DNA of 64,000 nucleotides, from the NCBI GenBank assembly GCA_002269645.1, contig NIVC01000392.1, positions 434,001 to 498,000 of the forward strand, written 5' to 3'. The notes beneath the pieces are model-generated. The model searched no databases and had not been told where the DNA came from. It was given only the letters and a program-made list of their open reading frames with translations. Shown piece by piece: positions 35,968-48,851 of the stretch (position 1 is its first letter; each line of letters opens with the position of its first letter). A program made the translations under genes and the position numbers. The DNA comes from Macrostomum lignano. Its lineage: Eukaryota.

Positions 35968-36280
35968 AGTAAAATAAGTGTCTGTGTTGGCTATAATTAT
36001 CTATATAAAACAACTATTTTATTACTACAAATATAAATGCAGTAGTTTAAAGCTTCTCTCAAATATTGCTATAGTGGTTTTGCCTTGTTAGCTAAGCATT
36101 TCATTAGTTATCATGATATCAATTTCAATTATTTCTAGATGAGTTTGAGCAGTTTTTGTGTTTATAATATAGAGTATTTTGTTAGATCCTACATGTTATT
36201 ACTTAAAAATTTAGAAAAAAACAAATAATGATCTAGAAATACAAATTTACTCATGATATATATGCCAGATGTTATCAAAA
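35968..36280. repeat. Direct duplications of nearby segments
   Basis: 35968-36177 copies 31098-31316 (AGTAAAATAAGTGTCTGTG...AATATAGAGTAT); 36182-36280 copies 33696-33805 (TTAGATCCTACAT...TTATCAAAAAGG). Confidence 0.85.
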
Positions 36281-39200
36281 AGGTGTTGCAACAATAAAGG
36301 ACCTTTTTTACATCGCAACAATATAGGACTACAGGACCCTTTCTAGCATTACAACATTTTACAAGCGTCTTTTGTAGGCCTATACTATGCCAATAGCTAC
36401 ACCATATGCCAGCTCTGTGGCTAAATTTTCTAGTAGATTTTTCTATATACTAGATACTTAGATACTGCCAAAAAAATTTCTTATCTGTTGTATACCAAAA
36501 TTTTTTAGTATATATGTGACAGGCCTTTTGGCTCTGTCTTTCTAAACTCCTAACTGTTGATGCTAGTGCTTATTAAATATCCTACGAGCTGCCACCAAAG
36601 TTTTGACAGGGCTTTTGCCTCCTACTTTGTCAATTTTAATCCTACTAAATGCCACCAGCTGTGACAGGCATGTTTCCTATACGATACAAAATCCCACCAT
36701 TAAGCCACCAGCTGTGACAGGGGTTTTTCTTCTTATTGAAATTTCTACTGCTGACAAATCTAAATTCTGCCTTAGTATTTCTAACTGTTTCTTAGAATAT
36801 ATTTCTGGGTAGCATTCTCGTAGTGTTCTGATAGCACCAGTATATGGTCTGGTAGCGTTCTTAGTATATGGTCTGGTAGAATTCTTAGTATATGGCCTGA
36901 GTGGTCTTACTGGTATATGTACTCTCTCTCTCTCCAGTCTGGGCATTACTGAGATTAGAGGGTCACAGCGATTACTCTTAGTACTACTTTTTGCATGAAT
37001 CCTAAGTACAACTTTCAACCTTTTTCACAATACTCTTAGAAATGAACAATGATCTGAGAAAGATTTATTGAACACGTTTTGAGCTTATAGCTAGCAAACG
37101 AGTTATCCTTCCATCCCTTTGGCTCTCTCCTGTTTATACTAGTCAATCACGTATATTTAAAACAAATTTTTACAATTTGAGAATATTTTGTGTATTATAA
37201 CAAAAGAATATTAATTTTTGCGCTAGTTTAAAAACAATATTTCCTAGAAATAAGGTACCGCTACTACATATATATAAGATTTATGAGTAGGGATAGCCTA
37301 GCCTAAGCCTAATGGCAAACTTTATTTAAAGCTTGTGATTTTATTAATATTTGTAAAAATAGATAAATAGAAACTTATTAGTATTCTACTAAGCTAGAAA
37401 ACTAGTTTTATTTTTTAAATTTTTGGTTTTAGGCCTAGGCCCCTACTTTTAATTTTTTAGAAAAGTTGAATATAATTTTTTAATTTAGTTTTTTGTTAAT
37501 ATTTGGGAAATAATCTTTTTGATCAAAATTTAGTTACTCAAAGTCAAACAATGTATATATAGACTAAGGCCTCCCCTAAACTTAAACTTAGTCATTTTTT
37601 ATATGCTAACTACGTAATTGTTATTATTGGTTGGCACTAAGACCTTGGTCCTACTTGCTATGATAGTGCTATCTAAGCAATCTCTGTACTGTATACCAAG
37701 CTATATGCCAAGGCCAAGAGAGAATGCTAGGCCCCTAGTATAGGCCCCTTGCAAGGCCCTTGGTTCTATGCCAATGTGTATTCTAGGTCTCTCTAGGCCT
37801 ATATGCTAGAACTTTCTAATGTATATATGGCCATGGCATGGGATATATTTCATCTAGAGTCTAAATTCATGCACCATGTGCCAAAGGTGATGCAGTTTCA
37901 TTCTATGTACCATAAGCTACAAAATTCAAATAAATTTATAGTTAATTAAAATAAATTTAACTTAGTCTTAGACTCATCATAGGCCTAGCCATAGGCCAAG
38001 TCTAATAAAATTTTAAGTTTGACAATGAGTCTTTGACAGCTGCCATTGCTGCTAGTTAACTATCAGACCCTATTTAGACTAAATCAAAATTACTTGGAGC
38101 AGTGGATTGTTACCCTAAAAAAGTAAAAACTAAGACTAAGCCTAACCAAAAATCTAGGGCCTATCTTTCTGGGTTTTTGACATCTTTTTGCAATGCAAAT
38201 AGCCAAATAGGCTTAGTCAATTAGCATCTGAAATTGTACTCTGAAATTTACACTATAACAGGTGCAATATCGCAAATGCGAATTAAGTTTTATTTAGCAA
38301 AATATCGCCCAATTTGTTCAAAAATACAGCATGAAAATGAAATTTGACCTTCGGTTGGGATTCGCAACAAACAGTTAGTCAGAGACTAGAGTTAGACGAA
38401 AACGTCTGCACTCAGTGCTGGACAGAAGTATTAATGTGAATTCTACCAGCCAATGTAAATGTGCGATACATAAGATCACACAAGGGTAATTAAAGCCGAC
38501 GGATAGCAGTCGCTTATGGGTTTAAATGAGCAGCTTTTTCTACACAACCGAAATACACCGATTCATCATCGACATTTGACGGCCAAGTTTGTAGAAAAAG
38601 GACAACCAAATGTTACATTTAACGAATAAAAACGAGTTAAATAACACCGGAGCTAAGTGCATGCTTTCAGGTATGCTTAAAGGCACAGGATATGCTTTTA
38701 AATATTCAAGTAACAGCTCATTAAAAATTATATTTAGTTTTCTTTTATCAAAACTTATAAAACTATCTGTATCAGTTAAGTGAAATGAAGAAAGCCTACA
38801 TCATGTAGGTAGCAGATAGTGTCAATCATTTATCGAACGTCGTGGCACTCCTGCATCAATAAATGCATGTATCTGTTCAGATAAATATGTCTCAGCTGGA
38901 GTGCGTTGGTAACATCGGCCATCACCAGACCGTGCACTCTTCAGCTTGCAACTTCTCTTCATACAATCTCCACAGCATCACGAAAAGATACATGTAAACC
39001 CGGCCATATCTTTTTTCTTCAAAGCTTCTAAAGATATTGTCTTCGAGTTTAATTGAGATCGATCTACATGTACTAATCTTGTGACGTACTTTCTGACTGG
39101 CGCTGATGGGTCTATATTGACAGATTTTTTATCTGCAGCAAAATTAAACTGACAATTGATTCTGTGCGAAATGCGGATGAAGTTAAGTATGGAAATATAA

Positions 39201-40750
39201 GTTGAAGTACATGCATGTATTGATACAATAACTAAAAACTACCGGATATGTGCTGAAAGACTGATAAGACGATTTTCGAGCTTCAAGCCCCAATTGAATG
39301 TGGCCACGCACAGAATCGAGCCTATACCAGGGCTCGTGGCGTCTACCGCTGAGCTGTTCTGCCCTTAACAACCTTTCGGTAAATACGTCATGAAGACTCC
39401 TACAAAATTGGAGCTCCTATCCCAGAAGTCTGCTTCATTTGTGACGTTCTTCTAAGGCGGGTCATGCAAGCTACCACGCGCCGCGGCCTGCTCAAGGACT
39501 ACTAAAGTAGATATGTTACTTTAGTCGTCCTTATAGGCCTGCTGCGAGACGCCAAGACTTTATTGTCTCTGAACACTAAAAACTTACATCTCAAGAGGCT
39601 GCCGCGCCAGCTTTGGTCGCTGACTCCATGGCTGGCAGCCCGCATCATTCACGAACGAGTAGTGCCGCCAAAAATAACACAGCGTTGTTATTTTTGCTTC
39701 TATACGTACGTGCAAATGCACATCGATGAAGCTTTACCGATGAAGTTTAAAATTTCTCATTTAAATTCGTCATATGCACTTTCCAAAGCGCTTAACTATA
39801 GCTATACTTAAAAGCGAAAAAGATTCAATAAACTCATTCGTTGCGTTACGTAACTTGATGAGCATGCAACTGTGAGACAAATATACGCGACAAAATTCCC
39901 ATTTAATTTTTATGTAGTTACTAACATTTCTTTTTAAATCAACTCTTGGATTATTTTTTCGACAATTATTTTTGATATCAGAAATGACGAGCAAAAATAC
40001 ACTGCTTCATTACAGCATCATTGACGCTCTTCTATCTTTCACCTCTCTGGAAGCCATTGAGCACTTCTCCGTTTGCCCAATGCGTATAGTGCAAAAAGTA
40101 TTCAGTCTAAGCCATCAGCACGTGAGTTGCCTCTTCATTTGCAGCCTACGCACCTAGTTAGCTAGCAGCAGATCTTTTCCAACAGCATCAAATTGAAAAT
40201 CAACATGGGAAAGCCGGAAAACATGAACTTAGCATTACTCAGACTCAAACAATATAGATGAGGAGCTTTTGTCGCCAATGGTACCTGCCTACAAACTTCA
40301 GCCGATCCAATTAGAGAGCTGAGCCGGCAGGCCGTAAGGATAGGATGAGAGAAGAGCAGAGTCGCTAAAAAGCCGGGACAAAATGAATTATTAATCCAAC
40401 AAAGAATTCAGAATTTGTCGGTTTAGTCACGAGAAAACTTTCGACAAAAGCAAGTCAGGTGAGTTTGAGTGAAAAGTACAGAATTTTGGTTTGAAAGTAG
40501 AGGCAAACACATCAGTTACCGGTAGTTTGCCAAGGCTCTACTGCATGCTTTTACTTAGAGCGGCTCAAAAAAGGTCAGCTTGTTCACTTTGCCTTGCAAT
40601 TAAAACCAGCATCAACCGAGTCGTCATACATGTAGTTTCATAACGGACAGATTTCTTCAAAGGCAAAATAAGCAGAGTTTGACTGCATGAAAAATCGGGC
40701 TCACTACGCTTGTGCAGCTTAGCGCATGTATACGCATTGATATAATGCCA

Positions 40751-41446
40751 TTAGTACACCTTGACGAACTTGGCCCAGCTCGGGTCGGTCTCGATGGCGT
40801 CGCCGACGCTCGAGTCAGCGAAGTCCAGCATGCGGCAGGCGCCGCTGGCCCGGTTGAACAGGACGGCCCGGCACTCCCAGCGCTGCACGCAGAGCCACAG
40901 GCAGTGAAACTCCGAGCTCACCGAGGCGTCAGTGTAGCAGTAGACAGGACTGATGTTGCCCAGCCTCAGGAACTCCGCTCGCTCCAGGTACTTGCTGTTC
41001 GGCGTCGCGATCGGCTGGCAGACGAATTTTTTGTCATGTTTGCCGGGTCTGTCTCGCAAGCCAGCTTTGCTGACCCCTACAAAGTCATCGTCTTCCGTTA
41101 GGCTGTTCGGCAAGCCAGACATCCAGTCGCTGTTATCCAACGTTGGAAACAGCGAGCCGTTGGCGAATCTCCAGCCGCTTCGAGACGTGCCCGACTCAAC
41201 CAGGAGGTCCGTCACTCCGATGTAGTAAACATCGATCCAGCGGTTGACAGCTCGGATGGCAGTCAGGTCCATCAGCAGCTCTCCGCCGATGCCCAGGCAC
41301 AGTCTGGCTGCGTCGCACCAGCTGGAAACGCTGGGGTTGTCGCCGATGTAGACGCAGCTGCCCAGCCTGTCGATGAACGGAGCGACGCAGGTGCCTGAGA
41401 CAACGACGGCCAGACAGGCGCAGAGAGTCGGACGGACCAGCTGCAT
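40751..41446 (-). CDS. Secreted C-type lectin-like + PAN/apple protein, copy g3 (231 aa)
   Basis: Different signal peptide MQLVRPTLCACLAVVVSG; framework as in g1/g2; loop DNSDWMSGLPNSLTEDDDFVGVSKAGLRDRPGKHDKKF; ends KFVKVY*. Confidence 0.85.
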   Translation of the reverse strand: MQLVRPTLCACLAVVVSGTCVAPFIDRLGSCVYIGDNPSVSSWCDAARLCLGIGGELLMDLTAIRAVNRWIDVYYIGVTDLLVESGTSRSGWRFANGSLFPTLDNSDWMSGLPNSLTEDDDFVGVSKAGLRDRPGKHDKKFVCQPIATPNSKYLERAEFLRLGNISPVYCYTDASVSSEFHCLWLCVQRWECRAVLFNRASGACRMLDFADSSVGDAIETDPSWAKFVKVY

Positions 41447-41807
41447 TGATAGTATGACAGTTTCTTAGCAAGTTGACAATCTGATTAATAACTGCAGGGT
41501 AGTCGTTCTTCTTATGAGGAAAGTTAGCTCTGTTGTATTTTTGCAGCGATATTTCAAGATAGTCGCAGCCAATGGGAGGCTGTCCAATCCAGTTTTCTTC
41601 TCTGCAGCAGCTAGGGTGTCCACTTCAGTAGCGCCGCGTTTCGCAGCAGTATAGCCTCAGAAATTTGGTTACAAATGCTTTAGAAATTTTCTTCAATACT
41701 CAGTTCGCATGCGCAGTACATGTACATTGGATTTCTTTGGACATGTCACAGATAGTGATGCAGAGGTCTGAAACGAACTGAAACGCCAAGGCGTGCAATA
41801 TACATGC

Positions 41808-42757
41808 ACGAGATGTCAGGAAAGTTCCAGGATTGAACTAAAAAAAAATTTGTAGCAGCAAAAGTTAAGCAGAACCTGAGCTGACCTTTCCCTTGGGTCG
41901 AATGCACTTGTCCACCCTTCTGTGCCACGCCTCCATGCAGTATTTTCTAGGAATACTGCATGACTACCTCCTTGAGTTCTTTGACTACCTCCTTGAGTTC
42001 TTTGACTACCTCCTTGAGTTCTTTGACTACCTACTTGAGTTCTTTGACTACCTCCTTGAGTTCTTTGACTACCTCCTTGAGTTCTTTGACTACCTACTTG
42101 AGTTCTTTGACTACCTCCTTGAGTTCTTTGACTACCTCCTTGAGTTCTTTGACTACCTCCTTGAGTTCTTTGACTACCTCCTCAAGTTTCTGGAATAAAA
42201 AATCGCGCATGGATCGCCAGAGCGAGCAAATATGGAGGCTACTCAAACACGGTGACATTACTGTTATAGTCAGAGTCTTGAATGGAGGTCACCAGGATAA
42301 CTAAGTCAAATTTGAAGCTCATGCTCTCATTATTTACTTTGATACAATCTGCACGGTGAATATGGAGTTTCTGCCTCAATGCCAGACCATTAATCAGCAT
42401 GTAAGCAAAGAGATCTTGCAGCGACTGCTTCGCTCGGTGCGAGGACAAGATGAGAAGCTTTTGGCAGAAAAACTCGTCGGTTCCTTCTTCGGAGCAATGT
42501 GCCATGTGCACTGAGTTTCAAGCAAACGACAGAACTTTTTCTCGACGTACATGTTTAAACGCCATCTGGAGAGCCATAACGATGGAACTTCGGGGTTTCC
42601 TGAAGAAGCCTTCCAGTACTGCATGGAGTCGTGGCACAGAAGGGTGGACAAGTGCATTCGACTCAAAGAAGATTACTTCTGAAGGGGGCAGCTTGACTTT
42701 AGCTACTATACTAGTATTTATGAGTTTAATCCTGGAACTATTCTGACACACCTCATA
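41808..42757 (+). mobile_element. Mariner (Tc1/mariner) remnant with an inverted duplication of its 3' end
   Basis: Frameshifted KSNLKLM.IIYFD...MEFLPQCQTINQHVSKEILQRLLRSVR and ELRGFPEEAFQYCMESWHRRVDKCIRLKEDYF* match mariner transposase; TIR-like ..CCTGGAACTATTCTGACACACCTCA|TA at 42730-42757; 41897-41942 is the reverse complement of 42617-42662 (1 mismatch). Confidence 0.8.
41958..42185. repeat. 21-bp minisatellite (TGACTACCTCCTTGAGTTCTT)n inside the mariner remnant
   Basis: About 11 copies. Confidence 0.95.
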
Positions 42758-44881
42758 TTACCACTCGATTTGCCTGGTGGAAATGCGTAGACCAATGGCA
42801 GAAATGACATTTATGCCCCGTCCTCATAAATTTGGTGGCAATACTTATTTATCCCATGGACCTTGTGAGGACAGAAAGAAAGACGAAGCGGTCCTCGAAT
42901 TCTGAGAATTTCTATGGTCAGATGACCATTGATTTGGCACAAAGCCAGCGGACGGGCATGAAATAAGCTGAAAAGCCCTCCTCGAGACTGTACGAGCTAT
43001 GCATGTGGTAAGTCCTCACTTGGCGCTGCGTTATCTACAGATGTCCATCCCTGACCCGAGTGCACAGCCAGAAATTGAAATATATGATTCCGAATTGAAA
43101 GGGCTAATCTAAAATGCATTTGAACCTTCTTCGTGTCATGTTGGATGATGGGGTGAAAAACTATTCAAGCCTTATTGTGGGGACCCTAAAACTGACTTTA
43201 AAAATATTATACCTGTCACCGCCATTGGTAAAGTATTTTTGTGTTCAAACGTTACTACTCGTGCTAGAACATTAGTACTTGTAGAACGGGACACGTCTTT
43301 TCTTGGGAAAAAACTTTTTCTTGCCGTGATGGACTCGTAGAAATCCGAAGTGCCGGCGTCAGCTCTTGAGACGCCAAGTGCGCACATATTCTCGCCGGTA
43401 GGCTTTCCGCAGAATCAGCGATGCAGATGGTGTGGCCAGCTAGCTGCTGGAGTCATCGACGGTGCAACAGGTCGTTTGGATGGACGGACCAAGCCGGAGC
43501 GGCGATACAGTGCCGTCTGCCTTGGCAACTCGCTCGTCGCCGACTTTAAAGACCAAATGCATTGGTAACCTGCTGTTCGAGCGACTCCCTCAGCCTCCAA
43601 GTCTGCTTTTTAAAACAGGACTACGGGCTCGACCACCACCAGGAACCATGCATCCACTGAGACTGAAGGACTGATTTTATAGAATGATCGGCTCGATTAG
43701 TTATTTTATCAAAAATAACAATGGTGTAGTTAGAGGACGATAAAATACTCATTTTTTTCTAACCAGAACTTCTTTTAGAAAAAATAAAAATTGAATAAGT
43801 TTTTTAATAAGTACTGCATGTACCTCTTCTCCTTCTGCCTTTAGTGCGAGCGTAGTACAGTCGTATTCTTTGCAGCAACAGATTGCAGATTAAATTTGGC
43901 TATCATCTCATCGACTCTCTCGGCCTTAGAAACTCTATTGTAAATATTTCAGGTCTACAAGATAGACAAGAGAACAATTCTGCTGATTTTTTTTCAATGA
44001 AAAGAAGTTCTGCGCTGTGATGTTAAAATTTCGTGACGTTCCATGGCCGAGCATCTTATAAATTCTTGTTGGCTTTTGCACAGACGCGTTTTGGAAGCTC
44101 TTTGATGAATGAAAAGACAAAAGCTGCACTAATTGCTGTTGAATATTTGAGAATCCGAAGATAAATTTGAACTGCGACTCAGAGTCCTACACGAGTACGA
44201 GGGGGATAAGGGTGCTTGAATAAGGTGACAAAAAGTGCAAGTTTGAGCAAGTTATCTTTACTCAAACAATGAGCTTTCGCTCAAGTTCCAACACCTTTGC
44301 GCAATCAGAGTAACTATGGACTTTAAACTCTTGATCAAACTGTTCACCTTATTTTATACTGCCTAGTATACGAAACATTGCAGCTCGATGGATAAATGTA
44401 CTCCACAGATTAGCAATCCATTATGCGACGTACTACTCTCTACCTATGCAAATAGCATCTTACCGACTGTTGAAGTCCTCAAATACCGGACGAAGAAATC
44501 TCTTTTCTACTCTTCTACTCTCTTCTACTCTTTATTGACAGATATGGATACATAATTTCAAAATCCCAAGCGTCGGCGACGTGAGCTTTTTACAGTGTAC
44601 GAGCGTAAATGGGTACTTTTGCATTTCGCCGAAGTATGCATGGCGTATCTCCGTCGACGTAATGTAAAAATACCCACTTCCAAGCGTCATCCATTTACGT
44701 CGTATACGTCACGGACTTTGAAATGTTGCACGAGTGACTGACACCAGAAATCTGTTGGACCCTCTGAAAACCTGGACAGCTCCAGACATCTGAAGCTATG
44801 GGTTACTTTAAGGTTAATCAATAGCAATAAGTTGGTAGATTTAAAACGGAAGTTACTTCCAAATAACACGATTGGATATTC

Positions 44882-45592
44882 TCAATACACCTTGACGAAC
44901 TTGGCCCAGCTCAGGTCGGTCTCGATGGCTTCGCCGACGCTCGAGTCAGCGAAGTCCAGCATGCGGCAGGCGCCGCTGGCCCGGTTGAACAGGACGGCCC
45001 GGCACTCCCAGCGCTGCACGCAGAGCCACAGGCAGTGAAAATCCGAGCACACCGAGGCGTCAGTGTAGCAGTAGACAGGACTGATGTTGCCCAGCCTCAG
45101 GAACTCCTCTCGCTCCAGGTACTTGCTGTTCGGCGTCGCGATCGGCTGGCAGACGAATTTCTTATTTATGTTTGGTTTGTCTTTTAATCCGCGATCGCTG
45201 ACGACTACAATGTCATCATCTGCCGTGTTGTAGTTTGGAAAGCCTGACATGCAGTCACTATCATGCAACGTCGGAAACAGCGAGCCGTCGGTGAATCTCC
45301 AGCCACCTCAACGTGCGGGACGTGCGGGACGTTCCCGCCTCAACCAGGAGATCCATCACTCCGAATAAACAATTGTATCATTTCAGTGGTTGACAGCTCG
45401 GATGGCAGTCAGATCCATCAGCAGCTCTCCACCGATGCCCAGGCACAGTCTGGCTGCGTCGCACCAGCTGGAAACGTTGAGGTTATTGGCGATGAAGATG
45501 CAGCTACACCTGTACTCAGCCTGTGTGTAAAAGGAGCAACGCCAGACGACAACAGCCAGACAGGCACAGAGAGTCATGTGGACCAACTGCTT
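44882..45592 (-). pseudogene. Full-length lectin-PAN pseudogene g4
   Basis: Start-equivalent codon is AAG (45592-45590); TGG>TGA at 45385-45383; indels at about 45300-45380; 3' 128 codons intact with loop SGFPNYNTADDDIVVVSDRGLKDKPNINKKF; ends KFVKVY*. Confidence 0.85.
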
Positions 45593-46084
45593 TGGTAATA
45601 TCAATCCTTACTTAGTTTTTGCATGTAGTAGCAGCTTTTTAATAGACTCTGATCACTCTGATTAATCTTGCAGTTCAGCTTGTGTTTGGTTTTTCGTTAT
45701 TGGAGCATGCATATAAACGCCGCTGTTAAAGCCAGTAAAGCAGATCACCAATAAAGTTGCATCTCCAACCGCATTCGATTCCACTCCACAGCAAGTGATG
45801 ATATTTCCTAATTGGACACTTTCTCACTCAGAAGCGTCGAGGGTGTGTTAAGATTGGACTAGCATAATTTTTTTGAAATGCCTATAGAGATCTGAGTGAT
45901 ACGAGCGTATTAAATCAAACCAATTCTGTTTGACTTTGATTTTGATTACTGTTCATTTTGAATTGGTTTTCGACCCAATTGTGCGACGACTACATACGCT
46001 CGTACACATACTATACATAGTATAGGAACATTGTTGTACCATGACCTTTGTGCCCGCTGGGCACTTATTCTTGCCTTTTAATGC

Positions 46085-47136
46085 CATAGACTACATTTAA
46101 GCCCGCTTGCAGAAGTCAAACTTACTTTAAGTATCAGATTAAATATCAGGCCCTCGTGATTTATACAAATAACTCCCTCAAAAGGCATGTGTAATCTCGT
46201 ATAAACCATAGACATAAAGACTTTACGGAATATTATACGACACTCTTCGGCCCGCGAGTCAAACTGCATTTGCTTCAGTCTAAGTTCAGTGCAAGTCCTT
46301 ATTCTCGGCCCGCAAGAAAATGGAATTTGTCTATGGACAGGAAAGCAGATTAAGATGTACGCCACTAATAACCCATTAACTTGTCCTGTTGCTGCCGTGC
46401 GCAAGTATATCAGCTTGTTGCCCCCTAGTGTGAGTGATTTGTTTCCAAGACCTCTGTTAAAGTTCTCCTCGGTACAGTGGTTCAGTGCAACGCAAGTGCT
46501 CGGTAAAAACACCCTGAACGACATGTTGGCTCGGATTTCTACAAGAGCGAATCTATCACAGACCTACACCAATCATTGTCTTCGTGCTACGGTTGTCACG
46601 AAACTAGCAAACAAGGGCATTTTTGCTGGCGACATTCAATGTGTTACCGGTCACAAGAGGCCAGAGTCGGTTTAGAGGTACACAAAGCGGATCTCGCCAG
46701 GGAAGAAGCGTCAACTGTCCGATGCTCTGACAATGGATTCTTCGCCGCCTGATCCAATCGTTAAACGAGTCACGAGCGACGTCCCACTCCAATCGCCTGG
46801 TTTTAGCGTTGAGCGTGGCGACCCAAAAGTATCTGATACTGACTGCGAACAAAGGGACTTTAATGGAGTTCTGCCGACTGCAGTGCTAGAGAAAAATGGA
46901 CCCGTGTTCTATTTTTCCTATAAGTGAGTACCTCTGAACGCCATGTACTGTAAAGACGGCGTGGGTTGCACCACAAGACTATATTAAATCGTTACTGTTG
47001 TCCTCTTTGTAATGTTGCACTTTTAACGTTTTAAATACAATCGTTTCGGCTTCGTCTATGGCCCAGCCCAATATCGGGCAGAGAATGGGCCATTTCTTAA
47101 GCAGTCTTGCCCGCAAAATCAAGCAGGCATAGACTA
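46085..47136 (+). mobile_element. Crypton-like element remnant carrying a DUF3504-type tyrosine recombinase pseudogene
   Basis: 46289-46700: KMYATNNPLTCPVAAVRKYISLLP..LFPRP..WF..LGKNTLNDMLARIS..LSQTYTNHCLRATVVTKL..G..IQCVTGHKRPESV*RY; nonsense TAG (46673-75) just before the Tyr; 9-bp direct repeat CATAGACTA at 46085 and 47128 (boundaries tentative). Confidence 0.7.
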
Positions 47137-47139
47137 TAA

Positions 47140-48470
47140 GAAGAAGAGAGGAGGGGCGAGAGGGGGATGAGAAAAGATTGAAGATAAGGAGAGACAAGGG
47201 GGTGAGCAGAGAGCAGATAATAGTGGAGTAAGAAGCGACAGGAGGGGAAAGAGGAGGGAGAGGAAAGAGTAGAAGTGAAAAGAGGGAGAGAGAAGATGGG
47301 AGAGATGAGACAGGATCGATGACAGAGGAGAGTAGAGAAGAGTGAGAAGAGAGTAGAGATGAGAGATGGAGGAGAGAGCAGAGTGCAGAGAGACAAGAGA
47401 AGAGAATAGAGGGGAGAGAGTATAGAAGAGGGAAGAGAAGAGGAGAAAGGAAAGAGAGGAATCAGAAGAGGGGAAAGAGAAGAGTACACTGAAGAGTGGA
47501 GAGTACAGATGACAGAAGAGAGAGGGATGAGAGTGAACACTATGAACACTAGTGAACACTAGTGAACACTAAAACATCTGAGAGGAGAGAGGAGAGAGGA
47601 GAGAGAAGTCAGAAGAGAAAGAGAAAGAGAATAGTACAGAGGAGAGAGGTTGAGAACATACGAGTATACGAGAGTAAAGATGACAGATGAGAGAGGAAAG
47701 ATGAGAGAGCAAAGACGAGAGTGAACACACGAGAGATGGGAGAGTAGAGAGAAAAGAGGACAGATAATAAATAAGAGATGAGAGATGAAAGGTGAGACAA
47801 AGGGAGAGAGAAGTGAGTGAGGAGAGAGGAGGGGAAAGAGAGAATCGAGAGGACAGGGGAAAGAGGGGAAAGGACGAGAGAGGAGAGAGGAGAGAGGAGA
47901 GATTAGAGGGGAGAAGAGAGATGGGACAGGAGAGAGTAGAGGGATGAGAGGAGAGAGAGAGAGAGAGAGGAAGAGAGAGAGGTAGAAAGCATGCAGAGAG
48001 AAATGATAAGAGAAAAGAGAAAAGATAAAAGAAGAGAAAGGAGAGATAGATAAGAGAGCAAAGACGAGAGAGAAGAGAGGTGAAGGAAGAGACGATAGAA
48101 GAGAGGAGAGAGGAGAGAGGGAAGAAGAGAAGAGAGGAGAGAGACGAGAGAGTAGAGAGTAGAGAGTAGAGAGGAGGGAGGAGAGATGAGATGGTAGAGT
48201 AAGGAGTGAGAAGAGAGCAGAGAGAAGATAGAGTAGAGAGCAGAGAGAAGTTAGAGTAGAGAGCAGAGAGAAGTTAGAGTAGAGAGCAGAGAGAAGTTAG
48301 AGTAGAGAGCAGAGAGAAGTTAGAGTAGAGAGCAGAGAGAAGTTAGAGTAGATAGCAGAGAGAAGTTAGAGTAGAGAGCAGAGAGAAGATAGAGCAGAGA
48401 GCAGAGAGCAGAGAGAAGTTAGAATAGAGAGCAGAGAGAAATGGGAAGAGATAAACCAGGAGAAAGGGAG
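47140..48470. repeat. Purine-rich (AG) low-complexity tract with a 23-bp array (AGAGTAGAGAGCAGAGAGAAGTT) at about 48230-48435
   Basis: Nearly pure A/G on the + strand; the minus-strand S/L/F-rich ORFs are compositional artefacts. Confidence 0.9.
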
Positions 48471-48851
48471 AAGCTAAGCACTTACTCTCGCACTAAGTTT
48501 CTTCATAAATTCTTGAAGGAATCGATATCCTCGAGCGGTCTTCTCGGAGAAACGGTACGGTTTTAAAGGTTGGCCTTGGAGAGGCTTCGGAAAAAACGAT
48601 AGCGAAGCGCAGGGCCTAAACGGGTATATTTATTCAAATATACTGGAGGGGGTGTAAGATAAGACAGGGGGTGGGGTGGAGTCCGCAACCGAGGAAAGAG
48701 GCGAGAACTGAAGAGCCAATCAGAAGGCAGCGAGGGAGAGAGATAAATGACATAACAAAATTGAACTAGACAGATTCTACTGAGACTGCGTGCTATTGTC
48801 TTTCTCGATCATAAACAACTAGCCTATTTGGAAACACTAGTCAATGCACTT

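Noticed and set aside
47097-47800. Hydrophobic S/L/F-rich minus-strand ORFs suggesting membrane proteins
   Set aside because: Compositional artefact of the AG-rich tract.
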